Positions 54,686 to 64,000 of a stretch of DNA of 64,000 nt are shown here, piece after piece. The notes beneath the pieces are model-generated. The model had not been told where the DNA came from. It was given only the letters and a program-made list of their open reading frames with translations, and did not search any database. The position numbers were made by a program, and so were the translations under genes. The DNA comes from Eledone cirrhosa (taxonomy: Eukaryota), in contig OZ024746.1 in assembly GCA_964016885.1 (NCBI GenBank), forward strand, positions 31,558,001 through 31,622,000, in the 5' to 3' direction. Within the stretch, counting starts at the first letter, position 1, and each line of letters begins with the position of its first letter.

Positions 54686-57600
54686 ATTATTACTGACATA
54701 GTACCCTCTGGCCTTGTGCCAAATGTATAAATCAATTATTACTGACATAGTACCCTGTGGCCTTGTGCCAAAAGTAGAATCAATTATTACTGACATAGTA
54801 CCCCCTGGCCTTGTGCCAAAAGTAGAATCAATTATTACTGACATAGTACCCTCTGGCCTTGTGCCAAAAGTAGAATCAATTATTACTGACATAGTACCCT
54901 CTGGCCTTGTGCCAAAGGTAAAATCAATTATTACTGACATAGTACCCTCTGGCCTTGTGCCAAAAGTAGAATCAATTATTACTGACATAGTACCCTCTGG
55001 CCTTGTGCCAAAAGTAGAATCAATTATTACTGACATAGTACCCTCTGGCCTTGTGCCAAAAGTAGAATCAATTATTACTGACATAGTACCCTCTGGCCTT
55101 GTGCCAAAGGTAAAATCAATTATTACTGACATAGTACCCTCTGGCCTTGTGCCAAAAGTAGAATCAATTATTACTGACATAGTACCCTCTGGCCTTGTGC
55201 CAAAAGTAGAATCAATTATTACTGACATAGTACCCTCTGGCCTTGTGCCAAAAGTAGAATCAATTATTACTGACATAGTACCCTCTGGCCTTGTGCCAAA
55301 AGTAGAATCAATTATTACTGACATAGTACCCTTTGGCCTTGTGCCAAAAGTAGAATCAATTATTACTGACATAGTACCCTCTGGCCTTGTGCCAAAAGTA
55401 GAATCAATTATTACTGACATAGTACCCTTTGGCCTTGTGCCAAAAGTAGAATCAACTATTACTGACATAGTACCCTCTGGCCTTGTGCCAAAAGTAGAAT
55501 CAACTATTACTGACATAGTACCCTCTGGCCTTGTGCCAAAAGCAGAAAGAATTATTACTGACATAGTACCCTCTGGCCTTGTGCCAAAAGTAGAATCAAT
55601 TATTACTGACATAGTACCCTTTGGCCTTGTGCCAAAAGTAGAATCAACTATTACTGACATAGTACCCTCTGGCCTTGTGCCAAAAGTAGAATCAACTATT
55701 ACTGACATAGTACCCTCTGGCCTTGTGCCAAAAGCAGAAAGAATTATTACTGACATAGTACCCTCTGGCCTTGTGCCAAAAGTAGAATCAATTATTACTG
55801 ACATAGTACCCTTTGGCCTTGTGCCAAAAGTAGAATCAACTATTACTGACATAGTACCCTCTGGCCTTGTGCCAAAAGTAGAATCAACTATTACTGACAT
55901 AGTACCCTCTGGCCTTGTGCCAAAAGCAGAAAGAATTATTACTGACATAGTACCCTCTGGCCTTGTGCCAAAAGTAGAATCAATTATTACTGACATAGTA
56001 CCCCCTGGCCTTGTGCCAAAAGTAGAATCAATTATTACAGACATAGTACCCTCTGGCCTTGTGCCAAAAGTAGAATCAATTATTACTGACATAGTACCCT
56101 TTGGCCTTGTGCCAAAAGTAGAATCAACTATTACTGACATAGTACCCTCTGGCCTTGTGCCAAAAGTAGAATCAATTATTACAGACATAGTACCCTCTGG
56201 CCTTGTGCCAAAAGTAGAATCAATTATTACTGACATAGTACCCTCTGGCCTTGTGCCAAAAGTAGAATCAACTATTACTGATATAGTACCCTCTGGCCTT
56301 GTGCCGAAAGTAGAATCAATTATTACTGACATAGTACCCTCTGGCCTTGTGCCAAAAGTAGAATCAACTATTACTGACATAGTACCCTCTGGCCTTGTGC
56401 CAAAAGTAGAATCAATTATTACAGACATAGTACCCTCTGGCCTTGTGCCAAAAGTAGAATCAACTATTACTGACATAGTACCCTCTGGCCTTGTGCCAAA
56501 AGTAGAATCAACTATTACTGACATAGTACCCTCTGGCCTTGTGCCAAAAGTAGAATCAATTATTACTGACATAGTACCCTCTGGCCTTGTGCCAAAAGTA
56601 GAATCAACTATTACTGACATAGTACCCTCTGGCCTTGTGCCAAAAGTAGAATCAATTATTACTGACATAGTACCCTCTGGCCTTGTGCCAAAAGTAGAAT
56701 CAACTATTACTGACATAGTACCCTCTGGCCTTGTGCCAAAAGTAGAATCAATTATTACTGACATAGTACCCTCTGGCCTTGTGCCAAAAGTAGAATCAAT
56801 TATTACTGACATAGTACCCTCTGGCCTTGTGCCAAAGGTAGAATCAACTATTACTGACATAGTACCCTGTGGCCTTGTGCCAAAAGTAGAATCAACTATT
56901 ACTGACATAGTACCCTCTGGCCTTGTGCCAAAAGTAGAATCAATTATTACTGACATAGTACCCTCTGGCCTTGTGCCAAAGGTAGAATCAATTATTACTG
57001 ACATAGTACCCTCTGGCCTTGTGCCAAAAGTAGAATCAATTATTACTGACATAGTACCCTCTGGCCTTGTGCCAAAGGTAGAATCAACTATTACTGACAT
57101 AGTACCCTGTGGCCTTGTGCCAAAAGTAGAATCAACTATTACTGACATAGTACCCTCTGGCCTTGTGCCAAAAGTAGAATCAATTATTACTGACATAGTA
57201 CCCTCTGGCCTTGTGCCAAAGGTAGAATCAATTATTACTGACATAGTACCCTCTGGCCTTGTGCCAAAAGTAGAATCAACTATTACTGACATAGTACCCT
57301 CTGGCCTTGTGCCAAAGGTAGAATCAATTATTACTGACATAGTACCCTCTGGCCTTGTGCCAAAAGTAGAATCAATTATTACTGACATAGTACCCTCTGG
57401 CCTTGTGCCAAAAGTAGAAAGAATTATTACTGACATAGTACCCTCTGGCCTTGTACCAAAAGTAGAATCAACTATTACTGACATAGTACCCTCTGGCCTT
57501 GTGCCAAAGGTAGAATCAATTATTACTGACATAGTACCCTCTGGCCTTGTGCCAAAAGTAGAATCAACTATTACTGACATAGTACCCTCTGGCCTTGTGC

Positions 57601-58547
57601 CAAAAGTAGAATCAATTATTACTGACATAGTACCCTTTGGCCTTGTGCCAAAAGTAGAAAGAATTATTACTGACATAGTACCCTGTGGCCTTGTGCCAAA
57701 AGTAGAATCAATTATTACTGACATAGTACCCTCTGGCCTTGTGCCAAAAGTAGAAAGAATTATTACTGACATAGTACCCTCTGGCCTTGTACCAAAAGTA
57801 GAATCAACTATTACTGACATAGTACCCTCTGGCCTTGTGCCAAAAGTAGAAAGAATTATTACTGACATAGTACCCTCTGGCCTTGTGCCAAAAGTAGAAT
57901 CAATTATTACTGACATAGTACCCTCTGGCCTTGTGCCAAAAGTAGAATCAATTATTACTGACATAGTACCCTCTGGCCAAGTGCCAAAAGTAGAATCAAT
58001 TATTACTGACATAGTACCCTCTGGCCTTGTGCCAAAAGTAGAATCAATTATTACTGACATAGTACCCTTTGGCCTTGTGCCAAAAGTAGAATCAATTATT
58101 ACTGACATAGTACCCTCTGGCCTTGTGCCAAAAGTAGAATCAACTATTACTGACATAGTACCCTCTGGCCTTGTGCCAAAAGTAGAATCAACTATTACTG
58201 ACATAGTACCCTCTGGCCTTGTGCCAAAAGTATAATCAATTATTACTGACATAGTACCCCCTGGCCTTGTGCCAAAAGTAGAAAGAATTATTACTGATAT
58301 AGTACCCTTTGGCCTTGTGCCAAAAGCAGAAAGAATTATTACTGACATAGTACCCCCTGGCCTTGTGCCAAAAGTAGAAAGAATTATTACCGACATAGTA
58401 CCCTCTGGCCTTGTGCCAAAAGCAGAAAGAATTATTACTGACATAGTACCCTCTGGCCTTGTGCCAAAAGTAGAATCAATTATTACTGACATAGTACCCT
58501 CTGGCATTGTGCCAAAAGTAGAATCAATTATTACTGACATAGTACCC
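54686..58547. repeat. 48-bp minisatellite, about 80 copies, in intron 2 of gene B
   Basis: Unit attattactgacatagtaccctctggccttgtgccaaaagtagaatca, with 16-aa periodic ORFs on both strands. Confidence 0.97.
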
Positions 58548-59118
58548 ATAAAAAATAATGGGTCTTCTAGAAAAATATATATGTTCATAATTCATTCGTT
58601 TCAACATTGTATGTAAAGAAGCTTGAATTCTTGATTGTCCTTGATTTTCTCTCTAGTGTTACTCCAACCATCACTGTATTTCATTTGACATTCATTTAAA
58701 TTAATTGCAAACATTTTCTTGTGAACACATTCAGGTTATTTCTATCTCACGATCTTTATATTTGGATAATTTCTCCATTTCCTTGGTAGATATATTGTTA
58801 TTGTGAGGATTGAAACATCACTTAGAAGACCTTTTTTTTTCAGTAGAACGTTCGACAACAAGCTTCGCGTCATAGCTTTACGGCCCTTTACATTCTGAGT
58901 TCAAATCCTGCTGAGGTTTGCGTTGAGGGATTTTGTATAATAACTAAATTTTTCATTATATATCTCATAACTTAAAGGTTTTTACATTAAATCATGATGG
59001 ACGTATTTTAGATAAATACAAACTCTTTAAGTTAAACAACTTTGTATTACAGAATCATAGTGGCTTTAGGTGGTTTGGTATCAAAATGGAAATGAAAATA
59101 AAAATTTGTGACACTTAC

Positions 59119-59436
59119 TTTTTCCTTCCATAAACATTTCAAAGAAGCTTGGATAATTTCCTTTGTATTTAAATTCCTTAAAACACTGAATATGCCTGTA
59201 GAAAGACACTGCTAGGGCTTTAGGATTACGCGTAAGATAGATAATTTTGTGATCTTTTAGTAAATCTGGGGGAATGAAGTCAGGCTTAAGGTGAGTATTT
59301 AACAAACGTGGTGACTCAGCTGAATCAAAGTCATCTATAGAAGTCATTTCCAGTAGCAAACCTTCTTTGTGTCGTGGTATTCTTTCAGCCTTTTCATTTA
59401 GTATCATATTAGCTATTTCAAATGTCCAGTGAGATC
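59119..59436 (-). CDS. Sulfotransferase gene B exon 2
   Basis: GSHWTFEI...SPRLLNTHLKP...RNPKALAVSFYRH...FEMFMEGK; CAG/GTAAGT; 318 bp. Confidence 0.93.
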
Positions 59437-59614
59437 CTGAAATATGGTATATTAATAGAATATAAAATAACAGTACTGTATATATGTGAAACAAAGAAAA
59501 TATCGTTTTATGAAGTATTGAGTGAATATTAATTTTGAAAGTATGTTAGTTTTTTTTCTAAGCTGCTACAACGCAGGCTTAACAATAAAATAGTTGAAGA
59601 TGCGTGCGCGCTCG

Positions 59615-59711
<97 letters not shown>

Positions 59712-60534
59712 CTTTTTTTACAAAATTAGGTAGTAACATGTGCTTATACCGTTTTAGACTAAATAAAATTAGTCTGTTAGTTGGGATTAAAAACCCCCTC
59801 TGAATGGAAAAAAGATGAGTGTTGACATAGATGGGAAACGAACCCACATCTTTGGTTTGCTGAACCAATGTGTAATGATAACAAAGGGATAAAATGACTT
59901 AAATATCATATATCGAGAATATATATATATTTCTCTCGTTTGTTTTCTATCCCTTTGAATTGAAATTTAGTACAATACAGATTATAAATAGTTGTATCGG
60001 ATAAAATCTCTCTTAATGCCGTGCGTGCGCGCCTGACTGGCTTTGCTCCCTCAGGTCAGTCTGCCTTCTTCCCCCTTCCCCCTTGTATTTCGGCCTGTTT
60101 AGCCCCCCCCCCCCCCGCTATGAAGGTAATAAACTATATACATGACATCCCAGATCACTGACCACTCCCCGTGAAAGACAGAAAAAACAACAAACTTTTA
60201 AGATTTTTTGCTTAGATTTTTTTGCTTTATTTGGCTGCATGCCCATATATGAACTGTACTCCTTGATAAGTTCACCTAGATTCCCGCCGTTCTAATACTG
60301 ATATCTTAATTCGGATCTAGCTGTCGAAACGGCCGGAGCTCAGCTTTTCATATATATGTAGTATTGAAATGTGGTAGTTCCAGAATAAAAGGCGCTCAGA
60401 CCACTCTGTAAAATGGTGATGCTGGTGCCACAATGAAATGTACCCAGGCCAATCTGTAAAGTGGTAGTATTGGTGCCACGATAAAATACATCCAATCCAC
60501 ATTATAAAATGGTAGTGGAGGTGCCACGAAAAGA

Positions 60535-60680
60535 GCATTTAGTATGTAGAGGCCAACTAAATCACTAATCACCACAGAATTGTTCTCACCCATACTGAAT
60601 CGAAGTGGGTATTGGCTTTCTTGTTAATCCATAAAGATCCATCATTGTGCATCAAAGTTTTCACAAAAAGCCACGTTATT
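60535..60680 (-). mobile_element. Penelope RT fragment
   Basis: LWINKKANTHFD/MGENNSVVISDLVGLYILN, homologous to [30 protein letters not shown] of the 27771 element. Confidence 0.65.
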
Positions 60681-61071
60681 TTTACCGTTTTGCATGCACT
60701 CGTCCAGTGTCCGAGCATTGCTGATTTGTGGAGTTTTGTCGAACAGCTGTTGTAACGTTTAGGATGGCTATCGATCCACTCCATCGTGAAGATCGTCCCG
60801 CCGCCTTCCTTTGTTCGGAAAGAGTAGGCAGTTTTCCTCTGTCTGATGGACTCACTAGAATGACTGACCACGTTCCTCCTCGGCGAAACCCTCGTCGTGA
60901 ATTGGCCTACTTTGAGCATGCGCCTGTAGGCTGAAGAGTACAGAAAGAAGAGAGGAGCTCCCATGGTGTTCATGGTGTTGAGTGTTGTTTAGGATCTGTA
61001 GGGTTTAGAATCTGTGAGGTTCCTAAGTCTTTGAACTCAGAACACAAATAGCCGGAAAAAGTTATTAAGAT

Positions 61072-61297
61072 AATAATTATTTCTATTTTTGGTACAATGC
61101 CAGCAATTTGAAAGGAAGGGGAAAATCGATTACGTCAATCTCAGTGCATTACTGGTACATTAATTTATGGACCCTGTAAAGATTAAATGCAATGATAACC
61201 TCGTTAGGATTTGGATTCAGAACGTAAAGAGCCGTGTCTATATGCCGCAAAGCATGATGTTTGACGCGCTACCGATTCTGCCAATTCGCCGCCCTCA
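61072..61297 (-). mobile_element. tRNA-derived SINE just inside intron 1 of gene B
   Basis: Minus strand ggcggcgaattggcagaatcggtag head, family central domain, tail ctggcattgtaccaaaaatagaaa(att)n. Confidence 0.75.
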
Positions 61298-61331
61298 CCA
61301 GCATTTAATAATAATGATAATAATGATTTAC

Positions 61332-61536
61332 CTGCATTTGGATAAGAATACAGTAGAACATCATCGGGTCTGATTTTGACAGTATTTACTATGAGAGCAG
61401 CTTTCATCATTGGTACTACATAATGAATACATAGGTCCTTGTAGATGTAAACATCAAAGGGACAACCATCACGGTCGTAATACACGCTGTGGTACTTTTC
61501 ATATTCAGCTTTCATCTTTTTGTAATCCACGGCCAT
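61332..61536 (-). CDS. Sulfotransferase gene B coding exon 1
   Basis: MAVDYKK...YDRDG...IRPDDVLLYSYPNAG; phase-1 GTAAAT donor. Confidence 0.88.
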
Positions 61537-61989
61537 ATTTTATTGAGTGATAAGTAATGGTTTTTCTTTGTAAATTGTGTAGACTTTTACATACAACAAC
61601 GAACAAGAAACCAGTGACTGTCTTTGCGAGGAATTGTATAAGAGAACCAACGACAGCTTTGTACGTATTTTCAAACGTAGTAAAGTGTATAAAAGTATTT
61701 TGAATGAATTGTAATAGTTGTTTGTCTACCTTACAGCAAGTTTACAGTAGAATAGATACGCTTATGATATACTGTGTTCATGACCTCGTTTATATATATT
61801 TCTATGTGTATGTGTTTATTATATTGACACCTCAGCTGGCTATAGGCAGAGTGACATACACATATCTATCTGTGTGCGTGTGTGTGTGTGTGCTTGTGTG
61901 TGCTTGCGCGCGCGAGCGTGCGCTTGTACATACACACATATATAACTAGTCGCGCATTTTAAGTATGTCATGTAAAGAAATCTTCAGTC

Positions 61990-62650
61990 GTCTGAGATTA
62001 TTCTCACCATGTCAAGACTAATTCTCTTGGCAAGGGATGGGGTAAAGATCGTCAGAAGCAAAAAAAAAAAAAAAAAAAAGAACCACCATAGTCTGGGCTT
62101 TTAGAAAATTCACCCACTGCTAAGTTAGGTCACCTAGATCCCAAAAGCTATCAACTACTTCTTGGGAGTCTTCTGAGCATTTAAGAAAAGCTAAATTTTG
62201 TTTGCTCTTGGTGCCTACTGCTTCTGTACATCTACTGCATACAAAATCTCCCTTCTTTCATAGTCTGCCTGTGATCCCACTACATTCCCTGTGCATCCAT
62301 AATATACACTGGGTACACTATATATAATTCATACCCTCTCCATTTATGCACTTTGAATATGGCTATTTTCCTGAGAGTATTAGGGTCCTATCTTCTTTCT
62401 TACTTAATAAAACTTTAATCTTGGCTAAAGTTACTTTAAGACTTTTGGATTCTAGGTTTTGCTCCCATGGCTGGAATATTTTTCTAAATTTACTACATCT
62501 ATAAGAACTAGGTTATCAGTGTGTGGGAGTTCCCATAGACAGCCAGTCTTAAAACTCCTTTGTTATGGCCTGGACAACTATGATAAACACAAGGGGACAC
62601 AGAAGTGTGCACTAGTGAACCCCTAGGTATCACCATTGCCAGATTTATCA
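61990..62650 (-). mobile_element. Degenerate RTE-clade LINE RT fragment
   Basis: QAITKE-KTGCLWELPHTDNLVLI (a decayed WELLYADDLVLI) followed by ESKSLKVTLAKIKVL. Confidence 0.6.
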
Positions 62651-63628
62651 CAATACAAATTGGACATGTGAATCAGGATCACAGAAAAAGTTTTAAAAAT
62701 TTGTGGTCTTTCATGTTGCCCTAGTAAATAATTTGTTCATATTGCTTACTAATATTTAGCTTTAAGTAAATATAATTGGGAAACTGGTTATATTTAATAT
62801 AGTTGTGGGCTTAGAGGTGGTCTGAAAGAAAACTAAATTGTTTATTTTACACATATATTTATATGACTTTCAAGTTAGACAATGGAGGGGTTGAAGTGGG
62901 GATCATTATACATACTTATGCATACAACACCAAGAGCTTGTCTTTGAAGTGTTGCCAGGTTTTCTTTTGATGGAGACCCTTCCTATCACCAATAGTTTTA
63001 CAGTATATACTGGGTGTATTTATCATGTCAATCAGTAACACTAGAGAAGTTGTGACCTTGATACAATTTTTTGGAATGACCTTGACCCATTTAAAAAATG
63101 GTTTCTACTGCTGGTTAACCCTCTTATCACCAACCACCTTCAGAATGTAACCAGCACTAGAGAGATTGTCATAACTGAACTACCCATGGCGGAATAGGAG
63201 TGATGAGGAGTGGGGGTAAGGAGAAAGATAAGTGTGGTGTCGTGTGTATGACAGATAGGAGAGGTAAGAGAGGATGTATGTTATAGGTGAATAGCAGGTA
63301 GAGGAGGTGAGGTTGTGGTATCATGAGTGTATGGCAGGTGGTGAGATTTGACAGAGTGACAAGTGGGAGGGTGGGTGATCTCCAATAGTGGGAGAGGGTA
63401 CTGAGATGATGAAAGCAGCTACTAGGGAATTGTGACTGATGTGCTATGTTTTAAGATTGGTGGATGTGATTCTAGATAGAGTGGCAGGGTGTTAGGATTT
63501 AAGGGGGGGTATACCAACTACCAACATTTTTACCAGCCTGTTCTTACTTTGGTTATCACACTTTCAGAGTATCTTCCCCCACTGTTGATTATATTCCATA
63601 AGTAACAAAAGCTGTCAGCAACCATTAG

Positions 63629-64000
63629 GGAGCTTTCCTGACAACCTCTCAGCGGAGCTTTCCTGACAACCTCTCAGCGGAGCTTTCCTGACAACCTCTC
63701 AGGGGAGCTTTCCTGACAACCTCTCAGCGGAGCTTTCCTGACAACCTCTCAGCAGAGCTTTCCTGACAACCTCTCAGGGGAGCTTTCCTGATAACCTCTC
63801 AGGGGAGCTTTCCTGACAACCTCTCAGGGGAGCTTTCCTGATAACCTCTCAGGGGAGCTTTCCTGATAACCTCTCAGGGGAGCTTTCCTGACAACCTCTC
63901 AGGGGAGCTTTCCTGACAACCTCTCAGGGGAGCTTTCCTGACAACCTCTCAGGGGAGCTTTCCTGACAACCTCGCAGCGGAGCTTTCCTGACAACCTCGC
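63629..64000 (+). repeat. 25-bp minisatellite, about 15 copies, running off the window end
   Basis: Unit agctttcctgacaacctctcag(c/g)gg. Confidence 0.95.

Noticed and set aside
54686-58547. CRISPR-like regular repeat array
   Set aside because: There are no unique spacers and no cas genes, and the context is a eukaryotic intron.
54674-58588. 1304-aa (minus) and 1173-aa (plus) ORFs of 16-aa repeats
   Set aside because: These arise from a stop-free 48-bp minisatellite open on both strands. The unit is SINE-tail derived and lies within a GT-AG intron whose flanking exons match gene A exactly.

Overview
AT-rich, microsatellite-laden animal genomic DNA. The SINE/RTE/Penelope repertoire suggests a mollusc, probably an octopod; this is an inference. 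The host genes are two tandem, minus-strand, five-exon cytosolic sulfotransferase (SULT-fold) paralogs: gene A at 8021-15553 (300 aa) and gene B at 49127-61536 (301 aa). Both have intact frames, GT-AG introns and identical internal exon lengths (318/98/178 bp), yet both have lost conserved PAPS-binding residues (YPK->YPT/YPN; RKG->RAG/HSG). The rest is mostly mobile DNA. It includes several Penelope-like elements (RT + GIY-YIG) lodged in (TA)n tracts, about 18 intact or degenerate type I hammerhead ribozyme motifs from several unrelated tail families (three sense to the SULT pre-mRNAs), and repeated inverted-tail fold-back junctions. It also holds tRNA-derived SINEs, two solo LTRs with 4-bp TSDs, a non-autonomous LTR element with a tRNA-Trp PBS and PPT, piggyBac-type MITEs, and CR1/RTE/Helitron/hAT fragments. 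A 3.9-kb 48-bp minisatellite appears to have arisen from a SINE 3' tail plus its target-site duplication. Coordinates were read by eye: exon borders should be exact, repeat borders are approximate.
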